From contig OZ244064.1 in the NCBI GenBank assembly GCA_965215425.1, forward strand, positions 2,588,095-2,652,094: a stretch of DNA of 64,000 nucleotides, in the 5' to 3' direction. Positions 35,381 to 44,483 of this stretch are shown piece by piece (within the stretch, counting starts at the first letter, position 1; each line of letters opens with the position of its first letter). Under the pieces are notes generated by a model. The model worked only from the letters and a program-made list of their open reading frames with translations. It was not told where the DNA came from and searched no databases. The position numbers were made by a program, and so were the translations under genes. The stretch is from Dehalococcoidia bacterium. GTDB lineage: Bacteria > Chloroflexota > Dehalococcoidia > Lucifugimonadales > UBA3495.

Positions 35381-36094
35381 CTATCCCGGCAGCAGAGGAG
35401 TAGCATTTGCGGCGGGTATAATGCAATCCGGGCGGTCGTGCGCCGTCGAGTTGACCAGGGTCGATACCCGGTCGAACCGCATCAGCTCCGCCGGATACGG
35501 GAGCAGCATGGAGCCTAACCGGGCGGGATCGCTTACGTCCGGGTCCAGCCAGGCAGCCTCCAGGTTGGGGGGCACAATGACCGGCATCCGGTGGTGAATC
35601 GGCGCCAGCAGCTGGTTGGCCGAGGTGGTTACTATGGCGCAGGAGTAGATAGTCTCGCCGGCGGGAGACTGCCACCGTTCCCACAGGCCGGCCATGCCAA
35701 AAGGTTCCTCCGGGGCCAGGGTAACTCGAAACGGCTGCCCCTTCCCGCCCAGCTTCCGCCACTCGTAAAAGCCGTCGGCCAAGACCAAGCAGCGCCGCCG
35801 CTCCAGGGCGCGTCTGAAGCTCGGTTTCTCGGCCAGCGTTTCGGCCCGGGCGTTTATCAGCCGATTGCCAATGGAGGGGTCTTTGGCCCAGGAGGGAATC
35901 AACCCCCAACGCATAAAGCCGGCCCGGTGCGCTATCCCGGACTCCCTGGAGTAATGTCCGGCGCTGACCACGGTCAGCGCCGGCTGGCTGGGCGCAACGT
36001 TAAAGCGGGGTTGAAAAGTCAACTCCCCGGCCGCAAACCCGAACCGCTCCTCCAGTTCCGTCAGGTCGGTTGTTAGAGTATATCTGCCGCACAT
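35381..36094 (-). CDS. SOS-response-associated peptidase (SRAP/YedK family)
   Basis: The N-terminal MCGRY carries the catalytic Cys2, followed by ...FNVAPSQ..., ...WGLIPSWAKD... and ...FYEW.... Confidence 0.9.
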   Translation of the reverse strand: MCGRYTLTTDLTELEERFGFAAGELTFQPRFNVAPSQPALTVVSAGHYSRESGIAHRAGFMRWGLIPSWAKDPSIGNRLINARAETLAEKPSFRRALERRRCLVLADGFYEWRKLGGKGQPFRVTLAPEEPFGMAGLWERWQSPAGETIYSCAIVTTSANQLLAPIHHRMPVIVPPNLEAAWLDPDVSDPARLGSMLLPYPAELMRFDRVSTLVNSTAHDRPDCIIPAANATPLLPG

Positions 36095-36169
36095 AGCTCA
36101 ACCATCCGGTTTGGCCGGCTCCCTAGTCCCCATTTCTCCCTGAGAAATGGCGGGCGGGCGGGGTGATAC

Positions 36170-36724
36170 CTAAACCGGCAGCAGCGGCTCTTCCCGGTTC
36201 GGCGGCAAATCGGTGTCGAAAGCGTTGATGCAAAAGGCCAGCATACTGTAACTGCCCATTACCAGCGTCAGTTCCACCAACCCCTGGGCGCCGAACTGCT
36301 CAAAAGCGGCCTGCCAACCGCCCCGGCTGACGTGATGGGTGCGGAAGAACTCCTGCCCGTAGTTTATTACTGCTTCTTCCTCCGGCGCCAGGTCGGACAG
36401 CTCTTCACCCTCGCGGAGGGCGTCCACCAGTTCGCGAGGAACCCCGGCCGCGCAGGCGGAGGCGGCATGAGCGTTCCAGATGTGTTGACAGTCCATTTCC
36501 CGCGCCGTCACCAGCATAGCCAGTTCCTGGATTTTCAGGGGCAGGCTGGAGTCCCGGCGCAGGTACTGGTTCAGCGCAGTTACCCGCCGGGCCGCCTCCG
36601 GCACGTGGATGGTTACCGAGCCAGGCCCCCGGCTGGGAGTCTCTCCGCCCTGCACGATTTCGTCAAAAGCTGCTTGCTGGCCTTCCGGTACGCTTTCTCG
36701 GGTTGCCAAGGGTAGTCGAGCCAT
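36170..36724 (-). CDS. Carboxymuconolactone decarboxylase (CMD/AhpD-like) family protein
   Basis: An AGGAGG RBS precedes the ATG at 36724. The N-terminus MARLPLATRESVPEGQQAAFDEI parallels the 19808 gene. Confidence 0.8.
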   Translation of the reverse strand: MARLPLATRESVPEGQQAAFDEIVQGGETPSRGPGSVTIHVPEAARRVTALNQYLRRDSSLPLKIQELAMLVTAREMDCQHIWNAHAASACAAGVPRELVDALREGEELSDLAPEEEAVINYGQEFFRTHHVSRGGWQAAFEQFGAQGLVELTLVMGSYSMLAFCINAFDTDLPPNREEPLLPV

Positions 36725-36759
36725 GTCGTCCTCCTGTTGGGTGTGCTTTGCCGGATTTC

Positions 36760-36832
36760 TTTTCACCCGGAGCCGCCGCAGATTCACCGGGAATCTGCGG
36801 AATCTGCGCAGCTCCGGGTCTCCGGGTGAAAA
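36760..36832. repeat. Small palindromic element with termini TTTTCACCCGGA / TCCGGGTGAAAA (short family member)
   Basis: It has 12-bp terminal inverted repeats and an inner inverted repeat CCGCAGATTC/GAATCTGCGG. The 3' 21 nt (CTCCGGGTCTCCGGGTGAAAA) are identical to those of the 60158..60311 copy. Confidence 0.75.
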
Positions 36833-36852
36833 GTGGTTTGGATCGCTTCTTC

Positions 36853-37578
36853 CTACTGCCGGCGCTTCTTGCCGGTTTTTTCCTCAAACAGTTGCCAGGT
36901 AAGGTCGTTGAAAGGGTAATACTTACCCGGCGAACAACGCTCAATCTCCAGTTGAGCCTTGATCACCCCCTCCACCTCTTCCCGTTCCTGGGCGATGGCG
37001 ATTACCTGGTCCACGACGGCGTGGGGTACGACCACTGCGCCGTCGTCATCGCCGACTATCGCATCGCCGGGGCGAACCAATACTCCGCCGCACTGGATAG
37101 CATCATTGACCTGCCAGGGCCAGAACTCGGCCGGCCCCTGCTTGGCGGTGGTGGCGGCGGAATAGACCGGAAAGCCATAGCCAACCAGGGCATTGCTATC
37201 CCGGACCGCCCCGTCGGTGACCAAGCCTCCGATCTGTCGCTGGTGCAGCCGGAGAAACTTGATGTCTCCGCCGATGGAGCTGTAAGTCCAGCCCATAGCG
37301 TCAATGACCAGCACTTCCCCGGGGCCGCAAAGTTCATAGGCCAGGTACTCCGCCGACCGGTCGCCCTTGGGCTTGTCCTGGGCCAGGTCGGGCCGGTGGG
37401 GCACGAAACGCAGGGTTACGGCCCGGCCGGCCATCTGTTGACCCTTCTGGAGCGGGCGGGCGCCTTCGATGTAGCTCATCGGCCAACCCATCACCCATAG
37501 GCCGTCAATCAGGGTTTGAGTCGGAATGTTCCGCAGCGTTTCCAGGGTAGGGTCGGAGATGGGAGTAAGGGTCGTCAT
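36853..37578 (-). CDS. RraA-like / 4-hydroxy-4-methyl-2-oxoglutarate aldolase family protein with a C-terminal extension
   Basis: GEVLVIDAMG...GGDIKFLRLHQRQIGGLVTDGAVRD...GFPVYS is the RraA-family core. A GAGGTG RBS is present. Confidence 0.8.
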   Translation of the reverse strand: MTTLTPISDPTLETLRNIPTQTLIDGLWVMGWPMSYIEGARPLQKGQQMAGRAVTLRFVPHRPDLAQDKPKGDRSAEYLAYELCGPGEVLVIDAMGWTYSSIGGDIKFLRLHQRQIGGLVTDGAVRDSNALVGYGFPVYSAATTAKQGPAEFWPWQVNDAIQCGGVLVRPGDAIVGDDDGAVVVPHAVVDQVIAIAQEREEVEGVIKAQLEIERCSPGKYYPFNDLTWQLFEEKTGKKRRQ

Positions 37579-37722
37579 TCAGCACCTCGGATTTACCAGG
37601 TTAGTCAATGGGACGGGTTTCGGTTCCAGCTTCAGTCCGAGGCTATTATACCAGCTTGCAAAGAATTGGGGACGGACATAGCGTCCGTCCCCAGAGGCGG
37701 TGCTTCGGAGGCTCCTGATCGT

Positions 37723-38937
37723 CTAGCTGTCGGGCCAGCCGTCGGCAGTCTCGCCGGCGGCGAGGGCCGCCTGAATCTTTCCCCGGGCCTCTTCGGTAAC
37801 CCAGCCACCCCAAATATCGGCGTTGCTGTTTAGCCACCAGATAGCGGTGGCCTTGGGGTCAGTAACCTGGTTTTCGTCCTGCCACTGGACGGCGCTCTTG
37901 TAGATGGCGATGTTGAAGTCCCAGTTCCGGAGCATCTCAACCACCGCGGGAGCGTTTCCGGGCAAGTTGGGGTTGACCGCGATCAGGATGGTGGCGTCTT
38001 CATAAGCGCAAGCCTTGGTGGTGAACCAGCATTCGTCGCTGTAGGCCGGCTCTTCCAGCCGAACCAGGTCCAGCTTCAACGCTGGGTCATTAGTGCCCCA
38101 CTGATAACCCAGCCAGGGTTCTCCCTTTTCATAAGCCCCGTACAGGTCGGCATTCAAGGCAGCGCCGTCGCCGGGGTTTACGATGTGGACATGGTCCGAC
38201 AGACCGTATCCTTTGATCTGGGCGTCGTTTACGCCTTCACAAGACCAGCCGATAACACAGGATACGAGCCGCGCCTTGTCCCCGGTTTCCGCGGTGTTGA
38301 ACAGGTCTTTGTACTGTTGTTCTCGCAGGTCGTCGATGCTGTCCAGTTCAGGATACTGCTCTTGCAGGTAAGCCGGGATGACAAAGGCGGACTGCCAGTC
38401 TTTGCCCAGGCTTTTGCCTACGGAGAGAACGGCGCCCTCCTCGCGTGCCTCATTCCAGGCCTCGTCCTGGTTGGGCAGCCAGATTTCCATAGTTACGTCG
38501 GTATCACCGTTTTTCAGGCCCTGGAACAGAGGCAGAGTGGCGCCGAACTTCACGTCGGTGGGATAGCCGTAGCCCTTTTCCACAATATACTGGGCGATGC
38601 GGTTCTGGAGCAGGGCGCTGGCCCAGTTGAGGTCTCCGAAAACAATCGTCTCTTTCGGCCCTTCGGGAGCCATTACCTCGACTTCGACGATGGTTTCAAC
38701 TTCCCTGATTACCTCAACGGGAACCTCTTTCTCGACCTGGACCTCCTTGACCACCTCCACCGGAACCTGTTTTTCCACCTCGACGATCTTCTCGACCTCG
38801 ACCTGAACCGGCACTTCTTTCTCGACAACCCTTTCGACCTCAATGACTTCAGGCGCTGCCGTACCGCAGGAGACGAGAGCTAGAAGAGCCACAACCGCCG
38901 CCATTAAAGATAAAGTCGCCCGATACTTGGTAAACAA
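37723..38937 (-). CDS. proX: Glycine betaine/proline-type ABC transporter substrate-binding lipoprotein
   Basis: LVSCGTA is a lipobox. An E/V/K-rich linker follows, then an OpuAC-type domain (DLNWASALLQNRIAQYIVEKGYGYP...TMEIWLPNQ). The start is TTG with an AAGGAGG RBS. Confidence 0.85.
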   Translation of the reverse strand: MFTKYRATLSLMAAVVALLALVSCGTAAPEVIEVERVVEKEVPVQVEVEKIVEVEKQVPVEVVKEVQVEKEVPVEVIREVETIVEVEVMAPEGPKETIVFGDLNWASALLQNRIAQYIVEKGYGYPTDVKFGATLPLFQGLKNGDTDVTMEIWLPNQDEAWNEAREEGAVLSVGKSLGKDWQSAFVIPAYLQEQYPELDSIDDLREQQYKDLFNTAETGDKARLVSCVIGWSCEGVNDAQIKGYGLSDHVHIVNPGDGAALNADLYGAYEKGEPWLGYQWGTNDPALKLDLVRLEEPAYSDECWFTTKACAYEDATILIAVNPNLPGNAPAVVEMLRNWDFNIAIYKSAVQWQDENQVTDPKATAIWWLNSNADIWGGWVTEEARGKIQAALAAGETADGWPDS

Positions 38938-39087
38938 AATCGACCTCCTTTAAGTTACGAGGTTACGGATAAGTTACGGACTTATAATTACGCGCTTGCT
39001 GCACCGTCTGAACTTGGGCAATCTTATCAATGTGCCTCGGCGCTGTCAAACCACTGTCCAGCTGTGGCGCAACCGGGGTATGTCTCC

Positions 39088-40203
39088 CTAACCCACCCCC
39101 AAAGACTGTTGCCGGTTGCGGGCCGCCGATTGGGTCAGGCGGTCGATGACGATTGCCAGGGAAACAATAGCCAATCCCGCGATAACGCCGTTGCCCGTTT
39201 CGTTCTTCTGCAAGGCGCGCAGCACGTTGTCGCCCAACCCGCCGGCGGCCACCATGCTGGCGATGGTTACCATCGCCAGGGCCATCATCGTGGTCTGGTT
39301 GATGCCGGCCATGATGGTAGGCAGCGCCATTGGTATCTGGACTTTGGTCAGCACCTGCATTGGCGAGGCCCCGAAGGAACGGGCGGCTTCCACCGTCTCG
39401 GCGGAAACCTGCCGGATCCCCAGGTTGGTCAAGCGGATTACCGGCGGCACGGCGTAGATGATGGTGGCGAAGATCCCCGCCGGTGGCCCCAGCCCGAAAA
39501 AGAGGATGCCTGGCAGCAAGTACACGAAGCTGGGCATAGTCTGCATCCCGTCCAGAATCGGCCGCATCAGGTTGTCCACCATCCGGTTGCGGGCGCCCAG
39601 CACGCCCAGGGGCAGGCCGATGACCATCGAGATAGCCACTGCCACCACCATCAAGGCGATGGTGTCAATTGCGTTGGCCCACAAGTCCATAAAGCCGATA
39701 AAGAGCAGGGCGAGGGCGGTGAAAATCGCCAGACTCCAGCGGCCCATGGCAAAGGCCAGAAGGGTCAGGCCTACCACCAGGACCGGCCAGGGGATCCACT
39801 TCAGTCCATCTTCGATGTAGTTCAGTCCCCGCTGAACCGCGGTCTTGACTCCGTTAAACAGCCAACTTCCCTTTGCAGTCAACCATTTAACCCCGGTATC
39901 TACGGTCTCTCCCGTAACCTGCCGGACCGTTTTCTCCAGTTGTATCGTAGAGCCACCGCCGGTGGGAATCTCCCTGGTCGAGACCGTCGTCGGAAACTCC
40001 ATCTCCGGCCCCCACATCGCCAGGGATGCTACCAGCACGATGACCACTGCGGCCAAACCGGCCACCCACTGGTAAATCACCGGCAAGGAACGAATGCTGG
40101 ATAGCAGAGACGGAGGGGGTGAACTGGCGCGCCCCGTCTCCGGGGTTGCAGATTGAGAGTCGGCAGGTTGAAGGTTGGATTCATCCCGAGTTAGTGAAGC
40201 CAT
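39088..40203 (-). CDS. proW: Glycine betaine/proline-type ABC transporter permease
   Basis: It is a multi-TM protein with the binding-protein-dependent permease EAA-like motif (VSAETVEAARSFGASPMQVLTKVQIPMALP). Confidence 0.88.
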   Translation of the reverse strand: MASLTRDESNLQPADSQSATPETGRASSPPPSLLSSIRSLPVIYQWVAGLAAVVIVLVASLAMWGPEMEFPTTVSTREIPTGGGSTIQLEKTVRQVTGETVDTGVKWLTAKGSWLFNGVKTAVQRGLNYIEDGLKWIPWPVLVVGLTLLAFAMGRWSLAIFTALALLFIGFMDLWANAIDTIALMVVAVAISMVIGLPLGVLGARNRMVDNLMRPILDGMQTMPSFVYLLPGILFFGLGPPAGIFATIIYAVPPVIRLTNLGIRQVSAETVEAARSFGASPMQVLTKVQIPMALPTIMAGINQTTMMALAMVTIASMVAAGGLGDNVLRALQKNETGNGVIAGLAIVSLAIVIDRLTQSAARNRQQSLGVG

Positions 40204-40277
40204 TGTTACCTCCTGCGACGTTGGCTGCTGCTAATGGCTGGAACAGGACAAATTGCATTAGGAGGCCGCGCCCTCCA

Positions 40278-40811
40278 CTAAAAGAGCTTCTCCACGGCCA
40301 GGGTGATAGAAACAGCCAACCCGGCGGTGGCAATGATGGTTCCAATCATCCACCGGATAGTGTTGGTTTGCGCCCGTTCAATGGCGACCAGCAGTTCAGC
40401 CCGCAGCCTTTCCCGATCGGCCTGCATATCGCCACGCAGCTTTTCCATATCGCCACGCAGCCTTTCCATATCGCCGCGCAACCTTTCCATATCGGCCTGC
40501 ATATCGCCGCGCAGCTTTCCCATATCGGCCTGCATGTCGCCGCGCAGCCTTTCCATATCGCCGCGCAGCTTTCCCATATCGGCCTGCATATCGCCGCGCA
40601 GCTTTCCCATATCGGCTTGCATATCGCCGCGCAGCTTTCCCATATCGGCTTGCATATCGCCGCGCAGCCTTTCTATATCGCCACGCAGCCTTTCCATGTT
40701 GGTCTGCATGTCGCCGCGCAACTTTTCCAGGTCGTCCTTAGTCGCCAAGTGATTTTGCAGCTCTTCCAGGGCAGCGACTCGTTCTTGTATTGGGACGGCT
40801 TCGGTAGTCAT
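40278..40811 (-). CDS. DUF1640-like coiled-coil protein with 11 LRGD-containing 7/11-residue repeats and a C-terminal TM anchor
   Basis: LATKDDLEKLRGDMQTNMERLRGDIERLRGDMQADMGKLRGDMQADMGKL... is followed by RWMIGTIIATAGLAVSITLAV. A GAGGA RBS precedes the ATG. The DNA repeats (21- and 33-nt units) span about 40421..40727. Confidence 0.65.
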   Translation of the reverse strand: MTTEAVPIQERVAALEELQNHLATKDDLEKLRGDMQTNMERLRGDIERLRGDMQADMGKLRGDMQADMGKLRGDMQADMGKLRGDMERLRGDMQADMGKLRGDMQADMERLRGDMERLRGDMEKLRGDMQADRERLRAELLVAIERAQTNTIRWMIGTIIATAGLAVSITLAVEKLF

Positions 40812-40888
40812 AATCCTCGTATCCGTTTGGCTTTCCCGGTTCCGGTAGTATGCGCCACCCGCGCTGTGGCTGGCCAGGGCATTTGGCT

Positions 40889-42232
40889 CTATTGGCCGGC
40901 GTTGCCGGGGTCATTGCTGTTTTCAGCGAGGCTGGCGGCGTTCAGGGCGGCATTGGACGCATAGTCCGAGTCCACCGAGGAGGTTTCGGCCAGGGCCTCG
41001 GCCAGGGCGCTCCGGTGCACCTCGCCAATGAGCATATTGTCGGCGTTGGTAACCGGGATGGGAAAGTCGGTGCCCATAGCCAATGGGATCAGCTGGTCGA
41101 AGGTGGTGCTGGGGGAAACCGATTGATGCTCCTGGTCAATGAATTCCCAAGCCTTGTCAAAGCGCTTGACCCCGGCCCGCAGGGCTTTCTCCGTGTTGGT
41201 AATGGACAGCAGGCCCATGTAGCGTTCCTGGCGGTCCACCACCCAGGCCACGTCGCCGTCGCTGTTGCCGATGGTGTGCAGGGCGGCCCGCGGTCCCTGG
41301 TGTCCCATTACCGTAGCCTTGGGGGATACCATCACCTTGCTGGCGGTCAACACGCTTTCCAGGCGCACGTCCTGGGTGAAATCGCCTACGTATTCGTCCT
41401 CGGGGTGCAGCACGATGTCTTCCGGCGAACCGATTTGGACTATACCGCCATCGTGCATAATGGCGATATGGTCGCCCAGCTTCAGCGCCTCGTTCAAGTC
41501 GTGGGTGATGAATACGATGGTCTTTTGGAACTCCGTTTGCAAGTTAAGCAGTTCGTCCTGCATTTGCCGCCGGATCAGGGGGTCCAGACCGCTAAAGGGC
41601 TCGTCCATCAGCAGAATATCGGTATTCACCACTAGGGCGCGGGCCAAGCCCACCCGTTGCTGCATTCCACCGGATAGCTGCCGGGGGTAGGAGTCCTCCC
41701 AGCCGCCCAGCCCGACCAGGCTCAGGATTTTCCGGGTTCGTTCATATCGTTCTTCCTTGGCAACCCCCTGAACTTCCAGCCCCCAGGCGGCGTTATCCAG
41801 CACGTTGCGATGGGGCATCAGTCCGTAGTGCTGGAAAACCATGGCGATCTTGGTGCGGCGGAAATCAACCAGTTCCTTGTCGGTCATCTGGGTGATGTCG
41901 GCGCCGTCGATGATGATCTCGCCGGCGGTGGGTTCAATCAGGCGCAACAAGCAGCGAACCAGGGTTGACTTGCCGCTGCCGGAAAGCCCCATAAACACGA
42001 AGGTTTCGCCTTTCCGGACTTCAAAGTTCACGTCCCGCAGGGCCAGCACGTTGCCCAGTTCACTCCGAAAAAACGCCTTATCCTTGCCGGCATGTTTTGG
42101 CTCCAAGACTTGTTCGGGGTTCTTGCCAAATACTTTCCAGAGGGACTGGACCAGGATATAGGGTTCAGAGCCGCTACCCTGGGCTGGTTCGGCGGTCAGG
42201 AGATTCTGGGCATCGTCATTATTATTCCGCAC
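40889..42232 (-). CDS. proV: Glycine betaine/proline-type ABC transporter ATP-binding protein with tandem CBS domains
   Basis: Walker A is GLSGSGKST, the ABC signature is LSGGMQQRVGLARAL, and Walker B is ILLMDEPFSGLD. A CBS pair forms the C-terminus. The start is GTG with an AGAGGGA RBS. Confidence 0.9.
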   Translation of the reverse strand: MRNNNDDAQNLLTAEPAQGSGSEPYILVQSLWKVFGKNPEQVLEPKHAGKDKAFFRSELGNVLALRDVNFEVRKGETFVFMGLSGSGKSTLVRCLLRLIEPTAGEIIIDGADITQMTDKELVDFRRTKIAMVFQHYGLMPHRNVLDNAAWGLEVQGVAKEERYERTRKILSLVGLGGWEDSYPRQLSGGMQQRVGLARALVVNTDILLMDEPFSGLDPLIRRQMQDELLNLQTEFQKTIVFITHDLNEALKLGDHIAIMHDGGIVQIGSPEDIVLHPEDEYVGDFTQDVRLESVLTASKVMVSPKATVMGHQGPRAALHTIGNSDGDVAWVVDRQERYMGLLSITNTEKALRAGVKRFDKAWEFIDQEHQSVSPSTTFDQLIPLAMGTDFPIPVTNADNMLIGEVHRSALAEALAETSSVDSDYASNAALNAASLAENSNDPGNAGQ

Positions 42233-42703
42233 TTTGCATCCCTCTGCCGGTTGCTGTTCGAAGAAACCTGCGGCCCTCGTCCGTCAGCGGCGTCGGTCCA
42301 TGGATGGTACGACGTTATCCTGGCACAATTGCCTGGCGCCTGAGCGGCGGCAGAGAGATGAAGGGAGGCGCCGGGCGCGGGCCGAAAGAGGCTGTATCTG
42401 GCCGGTGGCACGCCACGGTCACGACGCCGAAGTCCGGGCAGGAATCCGGTTCGTTCTGATTTGAGCAGCTGTTTGGAGACAGCATAAAATACAGCTTTCT
42501 TAACCTTTCTCTAACGTTAGCCTAACGTTTCAGCGAAGGATTTGTCAACCTTGGCGGGTGCGGGGCCAGGCGGCGAACCCTGCGCCCCCGGAAGAAAATT
42601 TCTTGTCAGCGACTTGCCCAGGTTTCCGCCACAGACAGAATAGTGTAAGATTAGAGGGTAGGATTCCCCAGAACGGGCGCCGGGCATTCCCGGGAGGTGT
42701 GTA

Positions 42704-43714
42704 ATGCCGAAAATAGCCATTGTAGGCACGGGCCTGATGGGTACTTCGCTGGGGCTAGCCCTGCGCCGCTCTCCGTTGCTGAACTTGGAACTGGTCGGCA
42801 CCGATGCCGACGGCGGCGCCCGTAGCGGCGCCCAGCGCAGCAATGCCTTCCACCGGGTGGAAAACCGGTTGCTGGATGCGGTGGCCGGCGCCGACATAGT
42901 TGTCCTGGCTACGCCGATTATGGCGATGCGGGAGCTTTTTGAGGTCATTGCGCCCCATTTGCCCGAAGGCTGCGTCGTCACCGACGTGGGCAGTTCCAAG
43001 AAGGTAGTGCTGGCCTGGGCCGACGAATACTTGCCCGGCACCGTGGATTTTGTCGGCGGGCACCCGATGGCCGGCAAAGAGACTGCCGGGCCAGAAAATG
43101 CCGACGCCAATCTGTTCCTTGGCAAGACCTACTGCATTATTCCCAGCGTCAGGGCCAGCGAGCGGGGCGTGGCCGAAATCACCACTATGGTCGAGGCTAT
43201 TGAAGCAGTTCCCTTCTATATTGGCACCGAGGAACACGACAGCTTTGTGGCCGCGGCCAGTCACCTGCCCTTCCTGCTTTCCGTGGCCCTGGTGGGTTGC
43301 ACTTCCGGCAGCGCTAACTGGGATGACATTGCCCGGGTCGCCTCCAGCGGCTACCACGACTTGACTCGCCTGGCTTCCGGGGACTCAGTAATGCACCGGG
43401 ACATCTGCGTCTCAAACCCGGAGCCGATTGTTGTCTGGATTGATGCCTTTATCCGGGAACTCTATGCGGTGCGCCAACTTCTGGCTGACGGGGAGAACCT
43501 GGATTCCGCCGCGGTGCTGGACTTGTTCGTCCGGGCCAGGGAGTCCCGGGCCAAATGGCTGGCTGGAGATTATGGCCCCCGTTCCCGCCAATATAATCCG
43601 CACCAGGAGTTGCCGACTTTTGCCGAGAGCATGGGCGATATGTTCGTTGGGCGCAAGCTCCTGGACGCCCAGCGGCGGCTCTTTCGCGGTTCCCGGGACG
43701 GAGACCGACGCTAG
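42704..43714 (+). CDS. tyrA: Prephenate/arogenate dehydrogenase
   Basis: The Rossmann motif is IAIVGTGLMGTSLGLAL, and ...FVGGHPMAGKE... is the PDH signature. Confidence 0.88.
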   Translation: MPKIAIVGTGLMGTSLGLALRRSPLLNLELVGTDADGGARSGAQRSNAFHRVENRLLDAVAGADIVVLATPIMAMRELFEVIAPHLPEGCVVTDVGSSKKVVLAWADEYLPGTVDFVGGHPMAGKETAGPENADANLFLGKTYCIIPSVRASERGVAEITTMVEAIEAVPFYIGTEEHDSFVAAASHLPFLLSVALVGCTSGSANWDDIARVASSGYHDLTRLASGDSVMHRDICVSNPEPIVVWIDAFIRELYAVRQLLADGENLDSAAVLDLFVRARESRAKWLAGDYGPRSRQYNPHQELPTFAESMGDMFVGRKLLDAQRRLFRGSRDGDRR

Positions 43715-43776
43715 GCCCGGGCCGAGAGCTAAAGGTGCAGCCATTGGGTCAGCGATTGGGAGGGGAGCTACCGGAA

Positions 43777-44376
43777 ATGGCCCCGGCAACCCCGCTATTG
43801 GTGGTGATTAGCGGGCCTTCCGGCGTGGGCAAGGATGCCGCCCTGGTCGAACTGAAGAAGTTGAGCCCCCCCTGGCATTTTGTGGTTACCGCCACTACCC
43901 GCCCGCCGCGCCCGGGCGAGCAGGACGGGGTGGACTACCTTTTCCTGGATGCCGACACTTTCCATAAAATGCGGGAACGGGACCAGTTTCTGGAATGTGC
44001 CGAGGTTTATGGTCGGTGGTACGGCGTGCCCCGCAGCCAGGTGCGGGAAGGTTTCAATGCCGGCAAGGATGTCGTCCTGAAAATAGACGTGCAGGGAGCG
44101 GAAACAGTGCGGCAACTGGCCCCGGAAGCCCTCTTTATCTTTCTGGTTCCCGGCTCCTTTGAAGAACTGGCCCGCCGTCTGGGTCGGCGAAAGACGGAAA
44201 CACCGGAGGAAGCGGACCTGCGCCTCCAAGTTGCCAGGGAGGAGTTGTCCCAGGTCAGTCGCTACGACTACCGGGTGATTAACCGGGATGGTTGTCTCCA
44301 ACGGGCGGTCGCAGAAATCGAGGCTATCATCGTAGCAGAGAAGTGCCGCGTGATTCCCCGGGTGGTCCAGTTTTAG
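43777..44376 (+). CDS. gmk: Guanylate kinase
   Basis: The P-loop is VISGPSGVGKDA, with TTRPPRPGEQDGVDYLF and ...EVYGRWYG.... The ATG at 43777 has a GGGAGGGGAG RBS. Confidence 0.9.
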   Translation: MAPATPLLVVISGPSGVGKDAALVELKKLSPPWHFVVTATTRPPRPGEQDGVDYLFLDADTFHKMRERDQFLECAEVYGRWYGVPRSQVREGFNAGKDVVLKIDVQGAETVRQLAPEALFIFLVPGSFEELARRLGRRKTETPEEADLRLQVAREELSQVSRYDYRVINRDGCLQRAVAEIEAIIVAEKCRVIPRVVQF

Positions 44377-44483
44377 ATAGCCTGGCGGATACTTCCAAGC
44401 CAGAGCGCAATAAAATAGCCGGTGTGAATGGAAATGGCAACGGCGCATCTATATCTATCGCATCTATAAGGAACGGAGATTTG

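Noticed and set aside
40421-40727. The RGD tripeptides as integrin-type adhesion motifs.
   Set aside because: The RGD motifs occur inside a heptad/hendecad coiled-coil repeat, and the Arg-Gly-Asp is most simply a by-product of the repeat unit. Nothing in the sequence supports a eukaryotic-host interaction.
40119-40964. The plus-strand 281-aa ORF with PFHIAAQ/LSHIGLHIAAQ repeats.
   Set aside because: It is the reverse-complement reading of the LRGD repeats. The minus-strand ORF has an RBS, a DUF1640-like N-terminus and a C-terminal TM helix, and it lies on the same strand as the transporter operon. The plus-strand reading is therefore taken as a shadow.
42233-42520. A c-di-AMP (ydaO-type) or glycine riboswitch in the proV leader.
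   Set aside because: By eye I could not find the conserved ACGGGG/CCCA/GGGGUGAAUC and CCGAACCCGUCAGCUAACC blocks of ydaO. I also could not find the GGAGAG...CACCGAAGGGGCAA blocks of glycine riboswitches. Only vague fragments were present, so a covariance-model search is needed.
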